NCBI GenBank assembly: GCA_965207885.1
Contig: OZ242311.1
Span: 4,160,001 to 4,224,000, forward strand
Direction of reading: 5' to 3'
DNA from: Candidatus Latescibacterota bacterium
GTDB lineage: Bacteria; Latescibacterota; UBA2968
Length of the DNA stretch: 64,000 nucleotides
A program made the position numbers and the translations under genes. The notes beneath the pieces were generated by a model that had not been told where the DNA came from, did no database searches, and was given only the letters and a program-made list of their open reading frames with translations. Below are positions 27,086-36,497 of this stretch, piece by piece. Numbering within the stretch: the first letter of the stretch is position 1; every line of letters starts with the position of its first letter.

Positions 27086-29069
27086 ATGGAGTATGATGCA
27101 CGATACGATCTGGATGGGGATGGCACAATTGGGGTGAGTGATTTTCTGATCTTTGTCAATGCCTTTGGCAAAGCAGGATCCTCGAATTAACCACTGCTCT
27201 AATCGCGTTCTACAGAACCAAAAACCAGCCCTGCGTGGCAAAACTATCCACTCCAGTGCTGTCACTGTGACCGTGGGCGGCACAACCCCTCCACCTACCC
27301 TCAATCAGCCCCCAGTATTCACCGAAGGAACGAACACAACCCGCAGCATAGCAGAGAACACAGGCGCAGGACAGAACATCGGAAATCCAATCAGCGCGAC
27401 AGATGGCGACGGAGACCGCCTCACCTACAGCCTTGAAGGGAGAGAGGCCAGAGCATTCACCATAATCTCAGGTAGCGGTCAACTCAGGACCCGATCAGGT
27501 GTGACGTATGACTATGAGACACAGAACAGCTATTCGGTAACCGTACGAGTACAGGACGGCAAAGGCGGCAGTGCGACCATTGCCGTGACCATCACCCTCA
27601 CCGATGAGAATGAAACGCCGAGCAGACCAGATTCGCCCACAGTCACAGCCTCGATATTGACAGCCTGAGTGTGCGCTGGACAGCACCGGAGAATACAGGC
27701 CCCACCATCAGCGACTACGACGTGCAATACAGAGCAACAGGAGGCAATTTCATCGATTGGTCCCATATTGGGCCTGGTCTGAGCACAAAAATCACGGGCT
27801 TGATGTCTGAGACCACTTACGAGGTACAGGTGCGGGCGACCAATGACGAAGGCACGAGCGACTGGTCGCCATCAGGCAGTGGCACGACCAGTCGTCCCGC
27901 GCCCGGCTTTGCCCCGGTAGATCAGAATGCATTCAATACATTTGTTACGGACAAAATCCTATCCGTAGAATCCTATTATATCGAATTCTTGTCTGCTGAC
28001 CGCTTTGAGGAAAACAATGCATATCCGGGAAGCTATACATTTTCAAATACCGGATCGAATACTGGCATATTTACGCAAAACTATGATGGAGGGCATTGGG
28101 GTGGTACCTGTACAATCGAAATGACCTTCTCTTCAACAACCACAGGTACTTTACGCGCCAAATGTGGTAGCGAACAAAACTACGATTCACCCCAGGAATG
28201 GCGGTTTTCCGATCCGCCCGATCCCAACGCCTTTAATATCGAAGTCATTTGGGTCGGCAGCGAACCATCTGCAGCTCACCAGGCAGCCTTCAATGCCGCG
28301 ATTACGCGTTCGGAGAGCATCATCACGAGCGACATCCCCGATGTTTTTGCCAGTTCAGATGAGGGGGGTACAATAGACGGCGTTAAGGTCTTTGGTCTTG
28401 TAGATGATCTACAAATCTACGCAAGCCTCACTAATATTGACGGTCCAGGAGAAACCCTGGGGAGTGCGAATGACATTCGACACATCTGACCTGGGCGATT
28501 TTACGCTTGAAGCTCTGCAAGATCTCTATCTGCATGAGATGGGTCATTGTTTGGGAATCGGTACTGTGTGGAAACGCCTCGGCTTGCTAAAAGATCCGTC
28601 AATCAAATACCAATTTTTTATCATCCCTGTAGAGGTAGATGGTGCCGATACGCATTTCGCTGGTGCAAGTGCAATTGAGGCGTTCAATGACGCAGGCGGA
28701 ACGAACTACGCGGATGGGAAGGTACCGGTGGAGAATGAGAAAGGAGGACCGGGTACACGAGACGGGCATTGGCGGCAGTCCGTGTTCGGTCCCCATGAAC
28801 TCATGGAGGGATTCGCTTCTCCCAGTGCTGCGATGCGTCAACCGTTGAGCGCGATCACCATCCAGTCTCTGTCCGATCTGGGCTACAGCGTCAATGTCAC
28901 CCAGGCTGACGCTTACACGCTACCCTCACCTACCGCTGCTAAATTGGCGATAGCATCTGAGCACCTGATCCCGATCAACTGCCTCCTGATAGAACCCATC
29001 GGTGAGATCGATGAATACAAGCAAATCGAGTTGAAGCCCAGGCGCTTGAAGATACAGGATGATCAATAA
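27086..29069 (+). pseudogene. Fragmented surface-protein gene: dockerin-like EF-hand, cadherin, FN3, leishmanolysin (M8)-like peptidase
   Basis: 27086-27190 'YDARYDLDGDGTIGVSDFLIFVNAFG'; cadherin 'NQPPVF...AEN...ATDGDGDRLTYSL...DYE'; FN3 'WTAP..TYEVQVRATNDEG.SDWS'; 'HEMGHCLGIG...GHW...ELM...TIQSLSDLGY'; frame changes near 27190, 27660 and 28480. Confidence 0.8.
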
Positions 29070-29265
29070 CACTCAACCTTCTACCTTAAGGAGAACTCTC
29101 AGACCGAATAAGCCTTGTTCCTCTTTAATAAGGGCGATATATTGGCTTTAAAAGGATATATCGCCTTTTTTAAAATTCTGTAATTCATTGAGATATGGGA
29201 ATAAAATGATTTGATTTGCCATAAGTGGGCTGAGAGCGGATCGATCTTTCAAAGCCGGAAATTAG

Positions 29266-31497
29266 ATGACGAACAAAAAATTATACGCAACCAAATGCGG
29301 GACAGTTCAAAGCCTACTTGTTTTTTTATTCTGTTTCGGTTTTGTCCTGTTCAGCACGCTTCCTGCTTTTGCAAAACAAAAGCCCAAAGTCGCACTGGTG
29401 CTCAGTGGGGGAGGTGCGCGTGGCGGGGCACATATCGGCGTGTTGCGCGTGCTCGAGCGCGAAGGCATACCCATTGATTTGATTGTGGGCGTGAGTTATG
29501 GCGCTCTGGTGGGAGGATTGTACGCCGCTGGATATTCTGTTGATAATCTCGAACGCATTATTGTAGGAACAGATTGGTGGGAAATAACCAACAATCACCC
29601 CAACCGTCGCCTGTCGAATTTGAATCGCAAACCAATAGCTGATCGCCAGATGCTTGCATTGCGCCTCGATAAATTCGATCTAAAATTGCCTTATGGGGTT
29701 TTTGCCGGACAAAAAATTCAGCATTTTCTCAATCAATTGACCCTTGGCGCAATTTATCGGGCGCGAAACGATTTTGATCGGCTGCCAACGCCTTTCCGCG
29801 CAATAGCAACAGATATTTTATCAGGCGAACAGGTCGTGATAAAAAATGGCTCACTTGGCACGGCAATCAGAGCGAGTATTTCTGTCCCGGGGGTATTTGC
29901 GCCGATAAGTACAGAACAAACCCATCTCGTAGATGGTGGCATTGTCAATAATCTGCCTGTCGATGTCGCCTTAGACGCTGGTACTGATTTTGTTATTGCC
30001 GTGGATTGTGCCACGCCTTTGCGCACTCAAAAGCACGAAGTTGAAGATCTCATTGACGTCATTGATCAAGCCGTTAGTTTTCGAATCGAAGAAAATAAAA
30101 GAGCAAATCGAAAACTTGCCCATGTGCTAATATCGCCAGATTTAAAAAAATTTGATGCAGATGATTTTAACCGGTCATATACTTTGATCCCGGTTGGAGA
30201 AAAAGAAGCCGAAAAATATATAGATGCGATCTGGAAGTCTCTGCAAAAGCTCGGAATTTCAAAACGCGTTGAAAAGTCGAGACCGTCAATATTGCCAGAT
30301 GATTTTGATTTCAGAACCTGGGTAGATATACCATCGGATATTGTAATTGACCGGGTTCGGATTGAGGGTTTAGAGCGCTATTCACAAGAGGTATTTACAT
30401 CGCGGTTGGAAAAGTTCGTCAATAAGCCGATATCGTTTCGGAAACTGGAAAACGAATCTGGCCGATTCTATGCGACCGGATTATTTCAAACGGTAGATTA
30501 CGAAGTTATCTACCACGAAGACTACACCGAATTGGTTTTTCAAGTACTTGAAAACCCCCCCAGTGAATTGAAAATAGGACTTCATTACGACAATGATTTT
30601 GGGGTTGCGGCACTGACCGAGTTTGCACATCAAAATGCTTATGGCCCCGTAGCAGAGTTTTATTTTCGCGGCCTATTGGGCAATTTGAAGCTTGCTGAAA
30701 TGAATTTAATTTTTCGCTCATCCAGGCGCCTGAGTTTCCCCGGGGAGATTCGAGTATGGAATCAAGACCGATTGTATTTTCAAAATGGGCAACACCAAGA
30801 CACGTATAACGAGAAGCGTTTTCGCGCGCGATTGGGCATGCAGGTTTTGTTCCACAGTTGGGGAGGTTTCAAAGTGGGGTATCAAGTTGAGCATGTCCGC
30901 ATTCGCGGTGCGGACAGTTCAATAGGCAATGCGTCTAAAGATCTCCCCGCCTTGTGGCTATCTGCAGGCATTGACACCCGAGACGATGCGTTTTTGACAA
31001 GACACGGAATCTATTTTCAAACGCAAGCAAAATGGGTTCATCGGACATTTTCACATAAGCAGGTGCAAACACAACTCGCGTACTTCACCAGCCCCCATCC
31101 GCAATTGAGTGTGGGCCTCTGGTCTCACGGAGGCTATATGACACAGTCCGCGCCAATTTATGAACACTTCTCATTAGGTGGTGCGGGACACTTTAGTAAC
31201 ACAGCACTGCGCGTTGTCGGTCTCAAACGCGACAAACTGAGAGCTTTCAAGTTCGTATCGGCGGGCATTTCTATTTGGAGCCACATGAAATTTTGGGGAT
31301 CCATACCGCTCAGTGCTATTGGAATTTTCTATCAGGGCGGCCTGTACAACAATCCGGATCAACCAAATACCCGTATCCACGGTTTTGGTATTGGGGGTTA
31401 TATCAGCACAACGTTTTTAGGCCCCATTCGCATTGATATTGTGAGCACAGAAGAAAAGGATATCCGGATTTATACCTCAGTCGGATTTGCGTTTTGA
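29266..31497 (+). CDS. Patatin-like phospholipase + POTRA + beta-barrel (PlpD/type Vd-like)
   Basis: 'LSGGGARG','GVSYG','DGG', POTRA-like middle region, terminal 'YTSVGFAF'. Confidence 0.88.
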   Translation: MTNKKLYATKCGTVQSLLVFLFCFGFVLFSTLPAFAKQKPKVALVLSGGGARGGAHIGVLRVLEREGIPIDLIVGVSYGALVGGLYAAGYSVDNLERIIVGTDWWEITNNHPNRRLSNLNRKPIADRQMLALRLDKFDLKLPYGVFAGQKIQHFLNQLTLGAIYRARNDFDRLPTPFRAIATDILSGEQVVIKNGSLGTAIRASISVPGVFAPISTEQTHLVDGGIVNNLPVDVALDAGTDFVIAVDCATPLRTQKHEVEDLIDVIDQAVSFRIEENKRANRKLAHVLISPDLKKFDADDFNRSYTLIPVGEKEAEKYIDAIWKSLQKLGISKRVEKSRPSILPDDFDFRTWVDIPSDIVIDRVRIEGLERYSQEVFTSRLEKFVNKPISFRKLENESGRFYATGLFQTVDYEVIYHEDYTELVFQVLENPPSELKIGLHYDNDFGVAALTEFAHQNAYGPVAEFYFRGLLGNLKLAEMNLIFRSSRRLSFPGEIRVWNQDRLYFQNGQHQDTYNEKRFRARLGMQVLFHSWGGFKVGYQVEHVRIRGADSSIGNASKDLPALWLSAGIDTRDDAFLTRHGIYFQTQAKWVHRTFSHKQVQTQLAYFTSPHPQLSVGLWSHGGYMTQSAPIYEHFSLGGAGHFSNTALRVVGLKRDKLRAFKFVSAGISIWSHMKFWGSIPLSAIGIFYQGGLYNNPDQPNTRIHGFGIGGYISTTFLGPIRIDIVSTEEKDIRIYTSVGFAF

Positions 31498-31546
31498 TGC
31501 ATATTCATCTGTCTTATACAAATCACCTTGAAACGAAAGGAAAAGC

Positions 31547-34264
31547 ATGGTATTTTCCAGATGGAACGCCATTGTATTCTTACTGGTGCTCGCTTTTTCC
31601 GTTCCGATAGAATCCACATCTCAGGAGGATTCACCGCCACCAGGATACAGGATTCACCGATCTATTCCACCACCGGGTGCTAAGACTCACATGGTGGTTA
31701 TAGGAGAAAGATTCCGGGCCAGCGGGTTCAAACGCTGGTTCTACGGCAGCAATAACCGGGACCTCTGGACCACTCCTATCGAGGTTTCAGTCCTCGACCT
31801 CAACAGCGTAGGAAGTGGCTTGACACCGCTTCGCACCGGCGGATTCGGGCAGTCTATCTCGCTTCACTTTACAGGGGAAGACGGCCGCCGCTATACGGTC
31901 CGTTCCCTGGATAAAGATCCCACCAAAAGAATATGGGACGAACTCAAGGATACGATCGTAGATGACGTCCTCCAGGACTTGATCAGCGCGCTTCTACCAA
32001 CAGGGGCACTCGTGGCTGATCCGCTGATGGAAGCCACTGGTATCCTCCATTCCAAGCACACACTCGTAGTCATTCCGGATGATCCAGGGCTGGGAGAGTA
32101 CCGCAAAGAGTTTGCTGGCCTTATAGGAACGCTACAAGAACACCCGTCTGAAGGGCCGGACGATACGCCCGGCTTTGCGGGTTCCCGGAGGATCAGCGGA
32201 ACGGAGAGGCTATGGGAACACCTTGAAGAAAGTCCTTGCAACCGCGTCGATGCCCGCGCCTATCTAAAGGCGAAACTGATGGATCTTTTCATCGGCGACA
32301 AGGACCGGCATTACGGCCAGTGGAGATGGGCGCAATTCCCCGATGGCGATTGTTATACATGGCTTACAATACCCGAAGATCGCGACCAGGCTTTTATCGG
32401 CTTCAAGGGGTTTGCCATGGCAATGGCGCGCAAAAGGCTCCCCAGACAAATCACGTTCGGAGACAAATATCCAAGCCTGGTGGGTCTATCGACCACGGGT
32501 TGGGAGATGGACCGCGAGTTTCTGTCCGAACTCAATAAGACCGCGTGGGATTCGGTAGTAACAGCGTTTCGAAAGGACCTGCCCGACCAGGTTATCGAGA
32601 ATGCCGTGCGGAGACTTCCACCACCGTATTACAAAATGATTGGGGAAACGCTTACCCAAGCCCTCAAATCGAGGCGAGACGCATTGCCTGAATTTGCCAG
32701 CAGATACTATGAATTGATTACCCGCCAGGTCGAAATCCAGGCAACCGATAAGGACGAATACGCCCAGTGTGAACACCTGCCGAACGGTGATCTCGCAGTC
32801 CGTATCGGTCTGATAGAAGGTACTGGAGGAGAAAGGAAGACACCCTATTTCCAAAGAACTTTCCACCCTCAGGAAACCCGGGAAGTCCGAATATATCTCC
32901 GGGGCGGAGATGACCACGCGGAAATATCGGGGATAAAAGGACAGATTGTCGTTCGCATTGATGGTGGCGGTGGGGATGACACGCTTACAAACGCATCCCA
33001 ATCTGGTGCCTCAAAAACCCGGTTTTATGATTATCGTGGAAAAAATCAGTTTGCCAAAGGCAAGGGCGCGAAAATCGACGAACGCCCCTACAAGCGACCT
33101 CCCGCGCGGCTTCTCCGCGCAAGGTATGCACTGGACTGGGGCGGACAGGCTGCTACTGCTCCGATTATCAGGGTAAACCCGGATATGGATGTATTCGTGG
33201 GGGCGACCTACCATCGACAGCATTTCGGGTATCGAAAAGACCCTTTCTCTTCGCAACATTTTTTCAAGATCGGGCTGGCGAAAGACAGTGATCTCAAGGG
33301 GATCAAGCCCTTTGCTTCCTATACTGGAAACTTTCGCGAACTCCTGCGCGACTTCGACGCGAAAATCTACTTAAAGTACTCCGGATTCCAGACAATTCGG
33401 TTCAATGGATTCGGTAACAAAACGGAAATTCCGCGTCCGTCTTCCTTCTATAAGGTGGAACAAAGACATTTCGTTTTCGCACCTGCCCTCGAGTTTCGAG
33501 CGGGAGATCATAAAGAAGATATGCCTCATATTGGTATGGGATCGCTCCGCTCGAAATTAACCATTGACTTTGGGCCAATTATCAAGTATTCAAACACACC
33601 TCTCAGTTCCAATCAGGAAAAATATATCGGTTCGCTCGATCAACCACTTTACGGTACGGACTCCTTCGGTCAGGTAGGCGCACTGGGTGAAGTCGCGTAC
33701 GACACGCGCAACGGTTTAGGGTATCCCACTCAGGGGGTCAGGGTCAGGGTTGCCGGAGCCATCTATCCGGGCGTCTGGGATGTAGAATCGACCTTTGGCA
33801 GCATAGATGGGGAAGCCAGTACTTACCTGACTGCTCCTATACCGACTACCCCGACCCTTGCCTTAAGAGCAGGTGGCAAGAAGGTATGGGGAACCTTTCC
33901 CTTCCACGAAAGTGCCTTTCTGGGCGGGTCTGGTTTTGTCGGCGGTGGCATATCCAGTGGCAATTTGCGCGGTTTCAGGAAAAACAGGTTCGCTGGAGAA
34001 ACTGCGCTGTATGGAAATTCCGAACTGCGGCTGGTTCTGACAAAAATCAAGCTTCTGGTATCGGGAGAGTTGGGGGTGTTCGGTACGGCTGATGCCGGCC
34101 GGGTAATTTATGACAAAGATCCGGACAATGCCGATAAATGGCACACCAGTATCGGAGGTGGAATCTGGCTGTCTTTTCTCAAGCGCCAGCAGACCTTTAG
34201 CGCGGCAATCGTAAAAGGCGATGACCTGACGGGAGTATATCTGCGCGCTGGTTTTATGTTTTAG
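31547..34264 (+). CDS. Omp85/BamA-TamA-family outer-membrane protein with large N-terminal domain
   Basis: 'GG.GQSISL','IGDKDRHYGQWRW','IPEDRDQAF','LRGFRKNRFAGE', terminal 'AGFMF'. Confidence 0.8.
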   Translation: MVFSRWNAIVFLLVLAFSVPIESTSQEDSPPPGYRIHRSIPPPGAKTHMVVIGERFRASGFKRWFYGSNNRDLWTTPIEVSVLDLNSVGSGLTPLRTGGFGQSISLHFTGEDGRRYTVRSLDKDPTKRIWDELKDTIVDDVLQDLISALLPTGALVADPLMEATGILHSKHTLVVIPDDPGLGEYRKEFAGLIGTLQEHPSEGPDDTPGFAGSRRISGTERLWEHLEESPCNRVDARAYLKAKLMDLFIGDKDRHYGQWRWAQFPDGDCYTWLTIPEDRDQAFIGFKGFAMAMARKRLPRQITFGDKYPSLVGLSTTGWEMDREFLSELNKTAWDSVVTAFRKDLPDQVIENAVRRLPPPYYKMIGETLTQALKSRRDALPEFASRYYELITRQVEIQATDKDEYAQCEHLPNGDLAVRIGLIEGTGGERKTPYFQRTFHPQETREVRIYLRGGDDHAEISGIKGQIVVRIDGGGGDDTLTNASQSGASKTRFYDYRGKNQFAKGKGAKIDERPYKRPPARLLRARYALDWGGQAATAPIIRVNPDMDVFVGATYHRQHFGYRKDPFSSQHFFKIGLAKDSDLKGIKPFASYTGNFRELLRDFDAKIYLKYSGFQTIRFNGFGNKTEIPRPSSFYKVEQRHFVFAPALEFRAGDHKEDMPHIGMGSLRSKLTIDFGPIIKYSNTPLSSNQEKYIGSLDQPLYGTDSFGQVGALGEVAYDTRNGLGYPTQGVRVRVAGAIYPGVWDVESTFGSIDGEASTYLTAPIPTTPTLALRAGGKKVWGTFPFHESAFLGGSGFVGGGISSGNLRGFRKNRFAGETALYGNSELRLVLTKIKLLVSGELGVFGTADAGRVIYDKDPDNADKWHTSIGGGIWLSFLKRQQTFSAAIVKGDDLTGVYLRAGFMF

Positions 34265-34282
34265 CTAATAAAGGAGGATGCG

Positions 34283-35194
34283 ATGCTCAACAACATCATC
34301 ATACGTCTCGCCATTTACTATATCACGTGGCTTTTGATTCTCAATGCGATTTTTCACATATTCCCCGAAATTCTCTATTACGTCGCCCAGGAGCGAGAAC
34401 GCATCTTTGTAGGATCATCCCTTGACTCCGGGGCCGATCCGCCCATTCCGCTTGGAAACATCCAGGAAGGGGTAAATCGGATCGCCGATCCGGAACACAC
34501 GATTCCAGTTGTAGTCGCTTTGGTACTGGCCTTCGGGGTTACCCTCCCTATTACCTGGGTATATGCCTGGACGCATCCGCCCAAGAAATACAGTCAAGCC
34601 TTTGTACAAACTCTGCTCGTGATACCTGTCGCCATCTCACTGGTTGTTTTTTTGGTGAAGGGTAGTCTTGCCCTTGCGTTCAGTCTGGCGGGTATCGTGG
34701 CCGCTGTCACCTTTCGGCTCTCACTCAAATCGACCATAGAGGGTGTGTACATGTTTATGGTCATCGGGATAGGGCTGGCGGCTGGCACCCAGCTTACGAC
34801 TGTGGCCTACCTCGCATCGTTGGCTTTCGTCACCATAACACTCGGCGTGTGGAAAATCAATTATGGCGCGCAGCCACCAGTACTATCCGGCTGGAGAATT
34901 GTTTCACCTGATCACTCGGTCCAGACCTCTGGGACAAAGGCCACCGGGAATTCCTATGATGCCCGGATTGAAGTACACACAACGAAGGTCGAAACAGCGC
35001 AAAAAGCAACAGCTCAAATCCTGAAATCCGGTACCAAACAGTGGCAAGTGGCAGATGTGATCGAGAAAGAAGATGGAACGGCCATCGTTGTGTATGATGT
35101 TTCGTTAAAACAATCCGTCGATCTGCCTTCCCTCATCCAGGATATTGAAAAAAGCAAAAAAAGTATCACAAACGCAACGCTGACTAAAGTTTAA
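34283..35194 (+). CDS. DUF4956-family membrane protein
   Basis: 'FVQTLLVIP...LVKGSLALAFSLAGIVAAVTFR...MFMVIGIGLAAG'. Confidence 0.8.
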   Translation: MLNNIIIRLAIYYITWLLILNAIFHIFPEILYYVAQERERIFVGSSLDSGADPPIPLGNIQEGVNRIADPEHTIPVVVALVLAFGVTLPITWVYAWTHPPKKYSQAFVQTLLVIPVAISLVVFLVKGSLALAFSLAGIVAAVTFRLSLKSTIEGVYMFMVIGIGLAAGTQLTTVAYLASLAFVTITLGVWKINYGAQPPVLSGWRIVSPDHSVQTSGTKATGNSYDARIEVHTTKVETAQKATAQILKSGTKQWQVADVIEKEDGTAIVVYDVSLKQSVDLPSLIQDIEKSKKSITNATLTKV

Positions 35195-35266
35195 AATTGG
35201 TATTCTTAAAGCCTCCCTGTCACCAGAGAGATCAGGTAGGCACACTCATAAACGGTATAATTGCAC

Positions 35267-36439
35267 ATGAAGAATCACACAGATAAATTTCTGCTGGGCT
35301 TCCTTTGTTTTGGCATTCTTCTCTACCTGTTGTCGATGGTCTATGGAGGAGATCCATCCTCAGATTTTAGTGAAAATTCGTCAAACGCAGATACAGATAC
35401 TTCTATTTTAGACACTTCTACCGTCCTTCCTTTGGCGGACACAATGGCGGTATTAATATCTCCCGAAAGCTATACACCAAACGAAGAGACCGCTTCAGAC
35501 ACTTCTATCGTCTCCCCTTTGGCGGACACAATGGCTGTATTAGACTATGAAGAGGATTCATCCTCAAATTTTAGTAGAAATCCGTCAGACACAGATATAG
35601 ATACTTCTATTTTCCGCCCTCTGGCGGACACAATGGCAGTATTACAAAGGAAAATATCTCTTGAGAGCTATACACTAAACGAAGAGACCGCGACGCACTG
35701 GAAGCTCCCCACGTATCTTGAAGAGATCTCTGGTTTGGCAATGACCAGAGACGACCGACTCCTGGCGCACAATGATGAAAGAGGAGTCATTTTCGAGATC
35801 GATTATCAGAATGGATCAATCGTGAAATCATTCCAACTGACGGATATGAAAAACCCGGTTGCCAGTGATTTTGAGGGCATTGCAACAATTGACGACCAGA
35901 TCTATTTAGTCACGAGTTCAGGGCGACTATACGAGTGTCGTGAGGGAACTGCTGGCGAGTCCGTTCTCTTCAATGTCTATACGACCGGGGTCGGCAGAGA
36001 CTGCGAAATCGAGGGCCTGGCGTATGACGAGAGCAAGCGGGCACTCTTACTGATGTGCAAGGACGCTCGCAGCGCAGACATGGAGGGACAGTTGGCAGTA
36101 TATCACTGGTCAATTGACGAGAAACAGCTAATCGGAGATGCACATACCGCAATACCTGTCGTGGAATTCTCTCAACACATCAAAGGAAAAAAATTCCAGC
36201 CTTCGGGAATCGAGCGACACCCGATGTCGGGAAATTACTTTATCGTAGCTGCGCGTCAGGGGGCTATCGCGGAGATTACGCCGGGTGGCCAGGTTGTTGC
36301 GGTCAGAGAGTTTCCTGCCCAGTGGCATCGTCAGGCTGAAGGTATTACCTTCGCTGCGGACGGCACGCTAATAATTGCCGATGAAGGCGCGGGGAAGAGA
36401 GCGAGACTAACCCTTTATCCGGTCTCGGATAGTCAATAA
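35267..36439 (+). CDS. SdiA-regulated (YjiK-like) beta-propeller protein with a repetitive acidic N-terminal linker
   Basis: 'EISGL','HNDE','DFEGI','IEGL','QAEGITF...DEG'; 'PLADTMAVL' three times. Confidence 0.8.
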   Translation: MKNHTDKFLLGFLCFGILLYLLSMVYGGDPSSDFSENSSNADTDTSILDTSTVLPLADTMAVLISPESYTPNEETASDTSIVSPLADTMAVLDYEEDSSSNFSRNPSDTDIDTSIFRPLADTMAVLQRKISLESYTLNEETATHWKLPTYLEEISGLAMTRDDRLLAHNDERGVIFEIDYQNGSIVKSFQLTDMKNPVASDFEGIATIDDQIYLVTSSGRLYECREGTAGESVLFNVYTTGVGRDCEIEGLAYDESKRALLLMCKDARSADMEGQLAVYHWSIDEKQLIGDAHTAIPVVEFSQHIKGKKFQPSGIERHPMSGNYFIVAARQGAIAEITPGGQVVAVREFPAQWHRQAEGITFAADGTLIIADEGAGKRARLTLYPVSDSQ

Positions 36440-36497
36440 CAACAGTATAAACCCAACCTATTTCAAAGTCACTCATAACCAAAAAACAGGACACGCA

